A DNA stretch of 64,000 nucleotides from an uncultured virus (IMG/VR IMGVR_UViG_2837005551_000004) (lineage: Duplodnaviria > Heunggongvirae > Uroviricota > Caudoviricetes). The translations under genes and the position numbers were made by a program. The stretch lies in the IMG/VR virus record IMGVR_UViG_2837005551_000004, one strand, 5' to 3'. The notes beneath the pieces were generated by a model. The model made no database searches and was not told the origin of the DNA. It saw nothing but the letters and a program-made list of their open reading frames with translations. Below, in pieces: positions 28,496 to 38,592 of the stretch (position 1 is its first letter; each line of letters starts with the position of its first letter).

Positions 28496-28572
28496 CGGTA
28501 AATGGTGTTTAAGTGGTTATTAAATTGTGTTTAACTGTTTCGGTGTTTGTCCTTTTACACCGGCCCAGCTCC

Positions 28573-28734
28573 TTAGTTGTCGTAGTCCTCGGCGTCGGGA
28601 CTCTCGAAGTTGAGCGACCCGGCCTCTTGCGAAGCCCACCACGCCAGATCATCCAGCAGCTCGGCCCGGGCGTTCTCGCTCATGTGCGCCGTCTGCTCTT
28701 TAATCATCTCTTTAATCTTTTCAAGTTCTTTCAT
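28573..28734 (-). CDS. 53-aa acidic hypothetical protein (not in ORF track)
   Basis: MKELEKIKEMIKEQTAHMSENARAELLDDLAWWASQEAGSLNFESPDAEDYDN. Confidence 0.6.
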   Translation of the reverse strand: MKELEKIKEMIKEQTAHMSENARAELLDDLAWWASQEAGSLNFESPDAEDYDN

Positions 28735-28939
28735 TGTTTCGCTTTTTGAATTGCGCTTTTATTAGTTTGCCGGCTTCTCCGGGCTTGCCTACCAGCAGCC
28801 ACGCCACCATCTCCAGCAACAGACCGCCCATGAGCACCGCAACGGCTATTGCTATCCATGCCCACCAGAATGGGAGGCATACTTTGCGCAGGTTCTTTTT
28901 AGTTTTCTCTTTCATTCTCTTAATTGTTTGAGGGGTCAA
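28721..28939 (-). CDS. Small membrane protein
   Basis: One long hydrophobic segment, coupled in operon. Confidence 0.55.
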   Translation of the reverse strand: MTPQTIKRMKEKTKKNLRKVCLPFWWAWIAIAVAVLMGGLLLEMVAWLLVGKPGEAGKLIKAQFKKRNNERT

Positions 28940-29414
28940 AACTGCCGGGGGTCGTGTAGTGCTGCATGAGCAGCGCGTCGGTCAAAGCGTCAACCGCCCG
29001 GGCGTCTTTTACCTTGTTGTTAAATGTCGCTATGAGGTTGCGCAGCCTCTCGCGGGGTATTTTGTTGAAGTCGCTGTAACCACTCGCACGCTCTGCAATA
29101 CCTTTGATCTTCGCCACGTTCTCGGGCTGCCCGGTCTGCCGAAGCCAGCCGCCAATCGCGGCAATTACCTGCTTGCGCAGTTTGTCAAGTCTGGCCGTGC
29201 CCTGCTTCTCGTCCACCTGCTCGCTCAGCTTGGCGCAAATGTCTATGAGCTGGTGTTGGCTCAGGTCGCGGCTGCTCTCAACGCCCCAGCTTGTCAGGAT
29301 CGCGCGCTTGGCTTCATCATCAAGCCCCAGCACCGTGCAAAGGGTGTGATAACGCTTTAATAGCCCTTTGTGGATTTGGTCCATTGTTTTATTTTCCTTT
29401 TTCGCCATTGTCAT
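28920..29414 (-). CDS. GemA/gp16-like early protein
   Basis: GVESSRDLS, position in early operon. Confidence 0.55.
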   Translation of the reverse strand: MTMAKKENKTMDQIHKGLLKRYHTLCTVLGLDDEAKRAILTSWGVESSRDLSQHQLIDICAKLSEQVDEKQGTARLDKLRKQVIAAIGGWLRQTGQPENVAKIKGIAERASGYSDFNKIPRERLRNLIATFNNKVKDARAVDALTDALLMQHYTTPGSFDPSNN

Positions 29415-30062
29415 TTACTTTAATTGTTCTGCCCAATACTCTGCCGCGCCCTGCTCCCAGATTATGAAGTCCGCGCCGCCCTCGCCCCGCTCTGCGTCCT
29501 CGTAGCGTGTCGTAACAAATGCCTTGAAGCCCTCAACCTTGATTTTTATCTCGGCGTCATAGCGGATTTTTCCGGCCAACTTGCCGTCCGGATCCTTGCC
29601 TGCCCGGTCGGCCTGACTTATGAAAATAAACAGTTTATCGGGGTACTCTCTTTTGAGCTTCTTAAAGCTGGCCCAGTTGAAGCCGTCCAGATATTGCACG
29701 CTGTCAATTATGATTATTTCAGGGCTTTTGCGCTTGTTCAGACGCGCCCGGAGCTCGGGGAGTTCCTCTTTGTTCAGCAGGATCACACTGTTGCCGGCTT
29801 CGCCCATTCCGACGCGCTCCCATGCCTTTTGCAGTGATAGGCTCAACCCCTGCTCGAGGCTGTTGTAGGCCACGCGCCCAAAGTTCGCCAGATACTTGCA
29901 GAGCATGAGCGTAAACGTGGTTTTGCCGGAGCCGGAGCCGCCCCATATTATCCACGTTCCGCGAAGCTCGGGACGGCCGAAGCTCGCCAGCCATTCACCG
30001 GCAAACTCCACCGTCTCAAACCGCGCTGCAAGCACATTTTGATTGCTTATCGCTCTGCTCAT
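29415..30062 (-). CDS. RecA/KaiC-fold ATPase
   Basis: GGSGSGKTT, SLEQG, IIIDS. Confidence 0.85.
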   Translation of the reverse strand: MSRAISNQNVLAARFETVEFAGEWLASFGRPELRGTWIIWGGSGSGKTTFTLMLCKYLANFGRVAYNSLEQGLSLSLQKAWERVGMGEAGNSVILLNKEELPELRARLNKRKSPEIIIIDSVQYLDGFNWASFKKLKREYPDKLFIFISQADRAGKDPDGKLAGKIRYDAEIKIKVEGFKAFVTTRYEDAERGEGGADFIIWEQGAAEYWAEQLK

Positions 30063-30069
30063 TCTCTCG

Positions 30070-30348
30070 TTATTTCATCTTTGGCCGAAGTCTCAGCACA
30101 TTGGGACCGTACCCCTTGGCCTCAATCATCTTGTTTAATGCTTTTCGTTTTGCCGCCAAATCCTCGGAAGTGCTGGCGGTAATTTTCACTACAAGCACCC
30201 GGCGACCTGTAAGCGGCTGCGTTGTCCGTTTAACTGTTATGTCGCACGTCCAGCCCTCCTCGAGCCATGTCTGCAACACCTCGGGCACCCACCCGGGCAT
30301 TAGCTCGAAAGTGCTGCTATATTTCAGTGTTACGGGGTAAGGTTTCAT
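30070..30348 (-). CDS. Hypothetical protein
   Basis: Coupled early ORF. Confidence 0.55.
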   Translation of the reverse strand: MKPYPVTLKYSSTFELMPGWVPEVLQTWLEEGWTCDITVKRTTQPLTGRRVLVVKITASTSEDLAAKRKALNKMIEAKGYGPNVLRLRPKMK

Positions 30349-30554
30349 TTTTGAATTTGTTTTTTATATTCTCTTAGTCGCCGTATGCAAGCGCCCATTA
30401 TGAGCGCTTGGTCGGTCTTGCCTTTGATGTTTCCGGCAATGGTTGCCACGATTGTGTCGGTTAGCACCTCCAGAGCCTGCCCCATGTCGTCACACTCGCA
30501 AATAGTGTTATAGACCTTGTAGCTTATCTCCGTGCTTTTGTTCTGCTTGCTCAT
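30345..30554 (-). CDS. Hypothetical protein
   Basis: ATG overlapping MuB stop. Confidence 0.55.
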   Translation of the reverse strand: MSKQNKSTEISYKVYNTICECDDMGQALEVLTDTIVATIAGNIKGKTDQALIMGACIRRLREYKKQIQK

Positions 30555-31402
30555 TTTGCACCTCCTTTCACCTTGGCCCATACGGAGCGTTTAACGCGCC
30601 GCAGGTCGCCGTCGGCCTCGTCTATAATGCTGTTAATTGTCTTGGTGTCTGTCACACCGTTGGCGACGCATACGGCGGCCACGTCCTCACTGTTGTGGAG
30701 GGGCAGTTCCACAAACTTGCGACCCAAGCGGCTGAAGATCTCCGCATAGCCTTTGCGGTTCAGGCGCAGCCCCTTTTCAATCCGGGCGCGCAAGTAGCTG
30801 GTCGCGGTCAGGATAATGCCGCAGTGGTCCTCAAGCTGGTTGTAAAGGCTTATGAAAAAGTAAAGCACTTGGTCGCTCAGCTTGTCGGCCTCGTCCAGAA
30901 CTATGAGCGGCGTTTCTTTGCGCTTCAACGTGTCTACAATAGCGTCCATCATGTCGGCCACGGTGTTGCCGCTGTATGCCACGCCCATTGTCTGGAGCAC
31001 CTTTGCCATGAACGTGCGCCGGTTCCAGTACTCGGAGCAAACAAGGTGGTACACGTTGCGCCCGGCTGCCGTGTAGTTCTTTACGGCCTCGGTCTTGCCG
31101 CTCCCGGCTTCACCGATTACAGCCATCACCAGGGCGTCGCGCTGCGCGTTCTCCAGGGCAAAGGTCATGGCGTTGTAGGCACGGGTCGGCACCAACTGCC
31201 ACCCCTCGGCGCCGCGCCCGTTTATCTGCCCGGCTATGCTGCGCCACATCTCGTCGGCTATGGTCTCCCAGTTGCCGGCCAATATCTTGCTCACGGTCGC
31301 GCTGCTCACCTTTAACGCGGTGGCCGCTTTGTTCTGGCTCCCTTTTTGCTCGCAGTAGGCGCGGAGCTGGTCGCTGATCTGTTGTTTCTCTTGTGTTGTC
31401 AT
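30551..31402 (-). CDS. MuB-like transposition AAA+ ATPase
   Basis: N-terminal HTH, GEAGSGKT, LIVLDEADKL, DLRR. Confidence 0.92.
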   Translation of the reverse strand: MTTQEKQQISDQLRAYCEQKGSQNKAATALKVSSATVSKILAGNWETIADEMWRSIAGQINGRGAEGWQLVPTRAYNAMTFALENAQRDALVMAVIGEAGSGKTEAVKNYTAAGRNVYHLVCSEYWNRRTFMAKVLQTMGVAYSGNTVADMMDAIVDTLKRKETPLIVLDEADKLSDQVLYFFISLYNQLEDHCGIILTATSYLRARIEKGLRLNRKGYAEIFSRLGRKFVELPLHNSEDVAAVCVANGVTDTKTINSIIDEADGDLRRVKRSVWAKVKGGAK

Positions 31403-31415
31403 ATCCTTTTACGTC

Positions 31416-33434
31416 TTAAAAATTACTGTAATTAAATTCTTCTGTATCACTGTCGCCGTGCGCCGTTATCGGCACTTCTATTGCCTCGACCTCCAGCGCG
31501 TCAATGTCGGCGGCGGTCAGCCGTTTGCGGCTCCGGTTATCTTTGTGCTGTCCCCGGCTGTCGGTTATCAGCAGCCGGTCCTCTATGCTGCCGCGAAGCG
31601 CCGGGGTGCCGGCTATGATTTGCTCGGTGGCGGTGTAGGCCAGTGCCATGCGCTCGGCTGTCCGGGTCTCCAGTTGCTTGTTATAGTCGCGCACTCTCTG
31701 CAACTGCTCGGCATCCCCGGGCTGCCGGTCGGCTAAGGCCATCGGCTGCACATACTTTTCCTCAAGCATGTAGCGGCGTTGCCCGTTCTCGCTCACTGCA
31801 AGCACCTCCCGCAGGTCGTCGGGGTCATACTTCACGGTCCACCGCTCGGCGGCATGGTCGCGGAAACTCAGGTCAAAGCAGTCATAATCACGCTTAACGC
31901 CCAATATTGTGGGGCGGAGTCCGCAACCCTCGAGCACGTTCTTAAAGCCGGTTTCTACTCCGAAGTTAAGCAGGTAGGTTTCACGGCTCAGCGGTAAGCG
32001 GTTTTCAGTCTTCAACTTGCCATATCCGGCCATAAACTCCTCATATTTCGCCATGCGCTCCAGTCTCATCATTTCGTTAATCTGGGTGCGGAGGCCTGCT
32101 TCGTCGGGGAAGTGGTGGCGCATACGGTTCAGCGCGTCGCTGTTCGGCTGTCGCTTCGGGTTGCTGGTAATACCGAAGCCCGACCAGTTGTTACACCTAA
32201 TGCAATAGCGCGTATTTAGATAGTTGAAGTAAGGCTCTACGGGCTTGGCCTTGGCGTTGTGCGCCTGTGCCGGTGTCACCTTGCCGCCCATTACGGCGTA
32301 AAGATCGTGCATGGTCTTAATCGCGTAGCGGTCGCTCTGCACTTGCGTGGCCCGGAGCATTTCGCCGGTCAGTTCTCGGCTGTGGCGGGCTGCGTCTCTC
32401 AAAGCCTCTTTAATCAGCGCCGGGCTCTCGTGCGTGCCTATCGCGTAGCCTATCGGGTAGTTATTGAATACGTCAAGCACTACAACCATAGTCAGGCGGT
32501 TGGTGTAGGTTGTCACATTGTGCCCCTTTTTGTCGGTCTTGGTAGTCTGGTAGAGCAGCTCCACAGTCCAGCCGTCAAGCGACCACATCAGGAACGGGGT
32601 TGTCGGGCGGCTGCGCTTCACCTGCATTGTCACATTGTTGCGGAAGTTCGACACTCCCAAACGGCCGGCCCTTATCACGGTGCCCAGCTTCTCACGCCAC
32701 ACGGCTACCGCTCCAGCGGTTATGGATTTCCACCCCTTGGCTGCTGCAAAGCGGTTGTAACCCTCGCAGACCAATGTGTCGGGGAGGTTGTTGTGGTGAG
32801 CCAGTAGAGCGGTCAGCACTTGCTCCTGTTCCTCGTCGGCTACCTTGGCGGCGTTGCCGTTCAGATACTTGCCGGAGATAAAGCACACATAACCCTGCTG
32901 CAAATACTCCTGAAATTTCATTTGCAGACGGCGCGCGCTCCTGGGCAATGAATGGGGGAAACTGTCGGCCAATCTCGGGAGCGCTGCCGCGGCTCGCGCC
33001 CAAAATTCTTTAGCGGCCACGGCCTTTTTACCTGTGCGCTGCCGCTTGCTTACATGAGCCTCCCAGCAACGCCGGAAAGCGTTCATAACTGCCGCGTTGC
33101 TCGCATACTCCAGCACTTTGTCCTCGGGCAAATTTCGCCCGTCGGCCAGTTTGTAGGTCTGGAAATAGTCAAGCGCCTTTGCGTCCGGCTCGATAGTGTC
33201 GACAAACTCTTTGCTTTCGGCCCGCTCCTGCAAGTCAGGATAACGGCGGTAAACCTCCGTGCGCCATTTCAGGGGCAAACTGTCAACGGCATACAACGCC
33301 GTGCGCCCATTGCCGCCCTTGCGCACTTGGTTGACCTGACCCTTACGCACTAATGCGTTAAGATTGGAGGTCGTGATAATGCGCCCTGTCAGCTCCGCGT
33401 GGCTTATACAAATTTTTCCGTTAACTGTCTCCAT
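31416..33434 (-). CDS. MuA-like DDE transposase
   Basis: WSLDG, QSD, KAKPVEPYF, VKYDPDDL. Confidence 0.92.
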   Translation of the reverse strand: METVNGKICISHAELTGRIITTSNLNALVRKGQVNQVRKGGNGRTALYAVDSLPLKWRTEVYRRYPDLQERAESKEFVDTIEPDAKALDYFQTYKLADGRNLPEDKVLEYASNAAVMNAFRRCWEAHVSKRQRTGKKAVAAKEFWARAAAALPRLADSFPHSLPRSARRLQMKFQEYLQQGYVCFISGKYLNGNAAKVADEEQEQVLTALLAHHNNLPDTLVCEGYNRFAAAKGWKSITAGAVAVWREKLGTVIRAGRLGVSNFRNNVTMQVKRSRPTTPFLMWSLDGWTVELLYQTTKTDKKGHNVTTYTNRLTMVVVLDVFNNYPIGYAIGTHESPALIKEALRDAARHSRELTGEMLRATQVQSDRYAIKTMHDLYAVMGGKVTPAQAHNAKAKPVEPYFNYLNTRYCIRCNNWSGFGITSNPKRQPNSDALNRMRHHFPDEAGLRTQINEMMRLERMAKYEEFMAGYGKLKTENRLPLSRETYLLNFGVETGFKNVLEGCGLRPTILGVKRDYDCFDLSFRDHAAERWTVKYDPDDLREVLAVSENGQRRYMLEEKYVQPMALADRQPGDAEQLQRVRDYNKQLETRTAERMALAYTATEQIIAGTPALRGSIEDRLLITDSRGQHKDNRSRKRLTAADIDALEVEAIEVPITAHGDSDTEEFNYSNF

Positions 33435-33437
33435 AGG

Positions 33438-33812
33438 TCACGCGTTTTTTGCCTTGTTTTGGAGTTCTCCGATTTGGTTGATTGCTACGTTATGTTGTTC
33501 AGCGACGACCTCCCCGTTGCGGTCGTAAATTGTTACGACACCAGTTGCCTTGTCAGCCTCCAGCATTGCACCATTAGGGAAATACTGACGCATATAACCG
33601 TCAGCGTCGTGCATGGTCTCCATTTGCGGAGCCGTCACCATGATAATGCCGCCTCTATTCAGCGCCATTTTACGGATTCTGCGTTCTGTGGCTGTGCCTT
33701 TGTTTATGTCATCAAACCGAAGCGCACGCCAAAGGGTCTGTCGGGAAATACCGCGAAAAGCCTTTGTTATAAATTCGCGGGTTTCCTTGGTAGCTGTTAT
33801 AAAATGCTCCAT
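33438..33812 (-). CDS. Ner/Cro-like regulator
   Basis: ISRQTLWRAL HTH, divergent from repressor. Confidence 0.7.
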   Translation of the reverse strand: MEHFITATKETREFITKAFRGISRQTLWRALRFDDINKGTATERRIRKMALNRGGIIMVTAPQMETMHDADGYMRQYFPNGAMLEADKATGVVTIYDRNGEVVAEQHNVAINQIGELQNKAKNA

Positions 33813-33860
33813 GTCCTTTTACTTTATAGGGTTCTACATTCGTGGAAAATCACGATTTTT

Positions 33861-33949
33861 TCGTAACTTTACCGCGGCGTTACAAGTAACACGCTGCAAA
33901 GTTCGTAATTTCCTACGACATATAAAAATATTTTCGTAACTTTTTACGA
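33861..33949. promoter_or_regulatory. Immunity region with TCGTAA-N4-(T)TACGA operators
   Basis: Palindromes at 33903-33918 and 33934-33949, half site at 33861. Confidence 0.75.
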
Positions 33950-33951
33950 GC

Positions 33952-34428
33952 ATGAATGAAAATTTAGACAATCATAGCAATACAATTCACCAGAGAATTG
34001 CCCAAATAGTTAAGCATTTCGCCGCCGACAACAACTCATTAGCGGCTAAAAATCTTGGTGTTAGCGAGGGGACTATACGGTCTTACCGCAATGGAACGAC
34101 CCCAAAAGCCGACGTCTTAGAAAAAATCGTAAGAACTTACGACGTTAACGCTATGTGGCTTCTGACCGGAGTAGGGGAGATGTGCGCCCCTAACCAGTCC
34201 ATGGCCGATAATGTCAGAATTTCCGGGGATACCTCACTCGTTGAATTTTTTAAGCAATTTGACCCCTTGCTTCAACAACGGGACGACAAGCTACTCCGAC
34301 AAGCTGAGGAAATCGGGCGACTCCGCGAACAACTGGAACAAGCACGCCACACCATTGAACGCCTTGAAGCCGGAAAAAACGTCTCTACTACCCACCACGC
34401 CCCGAAGCCTGCGCCTGTTGTTCCTTAG
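33952..34428 (+). CDS. Prophage 1 repressor (HTH + coiled coil)
   Basis: AAKNLGVSEGTIRSY, WLLTGVGEM. Confidence 0.85.
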   Translation: MNENLDNHSNTIHQRIAQIVKHFAADNNSLAAKNLGVSEGTIRSYRNGTTPKADVLEKIVRTYDVNAMWLLTGVGEMCAPNQSMADNVRISGDTSLVEFFKQFDPLLQQRDDKLLRQAEEIGRLREQLEQARHTIERLEAGKNVSTTHHAPKPAPVVP

Positions 34429-35143
34429 CGTCATGGTGTGCACGTTATGGGATCACCTCGTGCATACTCAACTGACCCCACCCAAGCCCCCAAAAAGGCC
34501 GTTTTTCGTGTTTTTCACGCCTTTTTTGAGCCGCTTGATACATTAGACACCTTAAATCAGCAAGTTAACCACTCCAAAACGGCATATTTTAACGGTGAAA
34601 TTTTGGTATTAAAGGGGTGTTAAACCCTCAAAAATCGCCCTTTTCGTTCCCAATTTTGACACTATGGGGGTCGGTAGGGGGGTGCGTAGGTGTACCCAAG
34701 TGTATGTCCAACTGTGTATCCAACCCAATTTAAGGGAACGAAACGAGCACAATCTCGACCACTCCCCCACCCCGGTTTTACCCCTCCCGGAGCAGGGCAC
34801 AGCAGCAACCATTTAAGGGGTCGTTAAACGCCATTAAACACCTGTGCCACTCCGTCGGTCATTCGCCCACATGGGCGCGCTGCGTTGCTCTCTCCCCTAC
34901 CCCGCTGCCGTGGCGGCAGAATGAGCCACAAACGCGCCAAACGCTTGAATTTAGCCGCTTTTGAGCCTCCGGCGGCCACTCGTCAGGGCACGACGCAGCG
35001 ACGGCCACACAGCCGGTTAAATCCAGCCATGCAGCCGCTCAAAATTAAAGCCGGTTAAAGCCCGGTTAAACCTCGATTAAAGATATATTAAACGCTCGCG
35101 CCCCAAAATTCAACCCGGATTAAAGCAATTTCAACTTTTTGCA

Positions 35144-35258
35144 CGTTTCGTTTTTCCGGCGCGCCCGACCACTCAACCCCTCATCACGCTTGCAGTCAAC
35201 CAATTAAGCCACCGACCGACATTCACACCGTTGCTCGCTTCGTTTTTATGCCCGTACT
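35144..35258. repeat. Prophage 1 terminal transposase-binding repeats
   Basis: CGTTTCGTTTTT at 35144 and CGCTTCGTTTTT at 35236; parallels 37250/37341. Confidence 0.75.
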
Positions 35259-35496
35259 CTATATTCTTTTCTCTCATATCTATCAGCTCATGACGGCATT
35301 CACCCAGCATTTCATTCAATGATGTTGCAGTGTCGGCAAGAGCCATTGTCAAAGGATTCTTGCCGGTCTGCCGCCAACGCTTGCAGAATTCATCCTTGCC
35401 CATGCTCCCGGCCGACATATACATTCTTTCAATGGCAGCATACTCTTCTGCGTCAGTCTTCAGGCCTGTGCGCTCCTCAAATTCTTTCTGTGTCAT
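35259..35496 (-). pseudogene. Early gene of prophage 2 truncated by prophage 1 end
   Basis: MTQKEFEERTG... ORF reads into the prophage 1 terminal motif. Confidence 0.7.
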
Positions 35497-35503
35497 GATG
35501 TCT

Positions 35504-35716
35504 TTATTTTATTTCGTTAATAATCGGTTTCTGAGAACAGCCGTAGGCATACATCAGCCGGTCTTTCAACTTCTCTACATAGAATTCCGGGGCTGTGAAC
35601 ATGATGCCGCTCTCCTCATTGTAACTGAAGGGTACGCCGTCTAAAATCAGCACCGTGGCTACCTTGTGCTTGACGCTCTGCGTCTGCCATTTCTTGGTTT
35701 CGTCTGTCTCGCTCAT
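35504..35716 (-). CDS. Small early protein of prophage 2
   Basis: MSETDETKKWQ...; divergent from repressor. Confidence 0.6.
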   Translation of the reverse strand: MSETDETKKWQTQSVKHKVATVLILDGVPFSYNEESGIMFTAPEFYVEKLKDRLMYAYGCSQKPIINEIK

Positions 35717-35840
35717 AATGCTAAATTTTATCAACTCGCGGTTTTTTCGTATATTTGACCGCTCGTTCATTACTGAATACGCTGCAAAGTTAAGCGATAA
35801 TTTTCGCGAATCCAAATTTATCAACGATATTTTTCGCATT

Positions 35841-36320
35841 ATGTGTAAAATTTTATCTCGCATAAAAATTTTAGCGGATGCCGAGGGGGTTTCCATTGGC
35901 ACCATTGAGCGTGTAATAGGTGCAAGTAGAGGGGTTATATCCAAGGCAATATCCAAAGGCACCGATATACAGTCTAAATGGTTGGAACTCATTTGCGAAA
36001 GATATCCTAAGTATTCTCCCTTATGGCTATTAACAGGCGAAGGGGATATGCTGAGAGAATCCGCATGTGGTACAACAATGCACCAGGAGTCGCACCCCGA
36101 AGAAGCATCTGAGAAAAATATCGCAGGTTGTACTCAAAAATTTTCACAGCAAGATCCAAACGCCATACTCATCGAGCGTTTCATGACTACCATAAGGGAA
36201 CAAGCAGAAGAGATAGGCCGACTCAAGGAACGTATAACACAGCTTGAACGCGAAAAAAACGAACCCACGGTATCCTGTCAAACTGCACCAAGGGAGCTTT
36301 CAACATCCCAAGTGGACTAA
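35841..36320 (+). CDS. Prophage 2 repressor (HTH + coiled coil)
   Basis: IERVIGASRGVISKA, WLLTGEGDM, QAEEIGRL shared with repressor 1; GCGA-N6-TCGC operators at 35794 and 35824. Confidence 0.85.
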   Translation: MCKILSRIKILADAEGVSIGTIERVIGASRGVISKAISKGTDIQSKWLELICERYPKYSPLWLLTGEGDMLRESACGTTMHQESHPEEASEKNIAGCTQKFSQQDPNAILIERFMTTIREQAEEIGRLKERITQLEREKNEPTVSCQTAPRELSTSQVD

Positions 36321-36592
36321 TCAGTATATGGAATGAATTTGGGATATGCCCAAACTGAACGAAAAGGATACCAAAGGGAACCCCGGAACGCCCCCGAATC
36401 ATCTCTTTTCTGTGTGTTACCCCCTCAAATTAGGGTATAAAACAGCGTAAATAGCTGACTCCCCCTTATTTAATAATGTGTATATTGGCAAAGCCATGGT
36501 TTTTTCTTCATAGTGAAATGCAAAAATCGGGGGTCTATTTTGAAAAAACGGTATTTTCCCTCCCCTCTATTGCACCCCCCGATTACCCCAAA

Positions 36593-36652
36593 TGTGAATA
36601 TCCACTTTTCACAAAGTGAATATCCACTTTGAATATCCACCTGAATATCCAC
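36593..36652 (+). repeat. Four TGAATATCCAC direct repeats
   Basis: Seen directly. Confidence 0.85.
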
Positions 36653-36788
36653 CTCTCAAAATTGACCGTTCTAACATCAAAAAGGTGGAGCTGTGAGGCT
36701 CCACCCGGAAGGTCATCGATCTAACAGCACTCCGAGGCTGTTATAACGTTGTTATTATGTCATTCTCATCGTCCTGTGGACGCTTGTC

Positions 36789-37031
36789 TTAGCAAGAATC
36801 ATCTGCGCCATCACCGGCTCCACGAGGGGCTGTGAGCAGCGTAGTTTGCTGTATTATCGCACGTTTAGTGACAACTGAGCCTCTTCCGCTCAACCCGGCG
36901 CGGCGCAGATAATCATACCCACAACCCACCTGTTCGGGGGTCAAATGATGGAAAATGGCTGCAATAGAGCCAAAAGCGAGGGTTTTGCGCTTGCCTGTCA
37001 AGTGGACGATGATACATTTGGTCTGTCTCAT
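36789..37031 (-). CDS. Small hypothetical protein near phage end
   Basis: AFGSIAAIF; TATATTTG and TATTTG-type promoter motifs upstream. Confidence 0.6.
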   Translation of the reverse strand: MRQTKCIIVHLTGKRKTLAFGSIAAIFHHLTPEQVGCGYDYLRRAGLSGRGSVVTKRAIIQQTTLLTAPRGAGDGADDSC

Positions 37032-37363
37032 ACTCGTAGAATTTTCCGCAAATATACACAAATAACCGCTATTTGCAACCTTTTGAATAATCAAATTATC
37101 AGAACCGGCACAAAAAAATCGGTGCAAAGCCGACTTTTAAAATGAAAATGTAAGGACATCCATCCTAAGACACAATCTTATGTAAACGCCATGTAAACCT
37201 TTACCCCCTCTTATGTAAACGCCACGTAAACCTATGTAAACTTTTTATACGCTTCGTTTTTTTGACCACCAAATCTAGTAATCTCGTAACTCTCGCAAAT
37301 TCAACGCATTTCATAAAATTCGCTTGACCTCAGTATCAAACGCTTCGTTTTATGCCCCCCACA

Positions 37364-37960
37364 CGGCTTAAAGAGGTCAATGGAATCATCAGCGGTTATG
37401 ACGGTGGTATGATGCCTTTTGAACAGGCGTTTGCGCTTGCACGGTTCTACTATGACTTTCAGGATACCAACGCGCTTATAGCCGATGCGGAGGTTATGGC
37501 CGGTGAGAATCCAGAACAGCTGAAAGAGACAGCACTTTCCCTCAAAGCAGAGACCGCGACACTCCTTAATAATATAGGACGGCTGGACGGTGTTGATTTC
37601 CGGGGGATTGCAAACACGCACTCCCGATATTATCATGCCATATTCCAAGAGGATTCGGACGAGCTTAACCCATACTGGAAGCGGTATTGCGAGCTGAACA
37701 ACCGTCTTGACTATCTACCTATCGACTCAAAGGAGTATGCCGAGGCCGAAAAGGAGTGCGATGCGGCAAAGGCGGAGCATGACAGACGGCAGACCGATGT
37801 CAGGAGGATATATGCGGAATATGAGCGTGAGAACCGGCGCGCCGGGGATGTCTTTTCCCTAAAAGCCCCATATCTGTACGCTCTCGCGGCTAAACTTAAT
37901 GGCATTGCCGGAAGCATACTCAACGACCTTGACCGTATGGAGAAAGGAGAAGGCCAATGA
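37364..37960 (+). pseudogene. 5'-truncated hypothetical gene (interrupted by prophage 2)
   Basis: ORF start lies inside phage end motif. Confidence 0.6.
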
Positions 37961-38367
37961 GCGGAAGCCAGCTGCTTGAAACCGCCAAGTGGCGGGATGT
38001 GGTTGAATTAGGGCTGTGCATGGCGATCCACGACGTATGCAACGACAGCCAGTTTGAAAACTGCACACCTCTCGACTTTGCCAATTTCCTTAACGTAAGG
38101 GAAGTGACAAAATCCATAGCCGTGTTGCCGAAAGAGAAACTACGGGTATGCTACATGGTCTTTGCCGTGGCGCGGAATATCAGTCCGAGGAACGAGGCGG
38201 AGACATGGACGCGGTTGTTCCTTCAACGCTGCGGCATCGCCAGGTCTTACTACGACAAGCACCGCTCCGACATCTGCGCCGATTATGCCACAGAGGACAA
38301 CCAAAACTACCGCAAATCCATAGACGGAGCCATCGAGGGATGGCGTTCAAGGCGGAAAACCCCGTAA
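37957..38367 (+). CDS. Hypothetical protein
   Basis: ATGA overlap with upstream gene. Confidence 0.7.
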   Translation: MSGSQLLETAKWRDVVELGLCMAIHDVCNDSQFENCTPLDFANFLNVREVTKSIAVLPKEKLRVCYMVFAVARNISPRNEAETWTRLFLQRCGIARSYYDKHRSDICADYATEDNQNYRKSIDGAIEGWRSRRKTP

Positions 38368-38408
38368 AAATCCGGCTTCTCCCCATTTGTAACATATTAA
38401 GAAACTTT

Positions 38409-38452
38409 GCAAACGCACTATGCGACTGAAATTCAGCGTATAGTGCGTTTGC
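38409..38452. promoter_or_regulatory. Long inverted repeat upstream of excisionase
   Basis: GCAAACGCACTATGCG...CGTATAGTGCGTTTGC; TAATTTTG downstream. Confidence 0.6.
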
Positions 38453-38592
38453 CATTTTTAACCTTTCCCCGCGGCCGCCACATTGAGCCACATGGGAACG
38501 GCTGTAATTTTGCATCGGAACACAAAGGCTGACAAGTCTATCAATCAGCACATTCCAAAATCAAAAATATCAACTAAAACATCTCATTGTCG

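Larger units (their letters stand above)
1..35258. mobile_element. Mu-like transposable prophage 1 (contractile tail); left end outside window
   Basis: MuA/MuB/repressor at right, portal, MuF, terminase, capsid, sheath/tube and baseplate genes; Mu-type end motif CGCTTCGTTTTTATGCCC at 35236-35253. Confidence 0.95.
35259..37363. mobile_element. Repressor end of Mu-like prophage 2, interrupted by prophage 1
   Basis: Second repressor, divergent early genes, end motif CGCTTCGTTTTATGCCCCCCACA ending in CA. Confidence 0.8.

Noticed and set aside
36593..37241. CRISPR array
   Set aside because: Repeats are 6-11 bp with no spacer-sized unique sequence and no cas genes.
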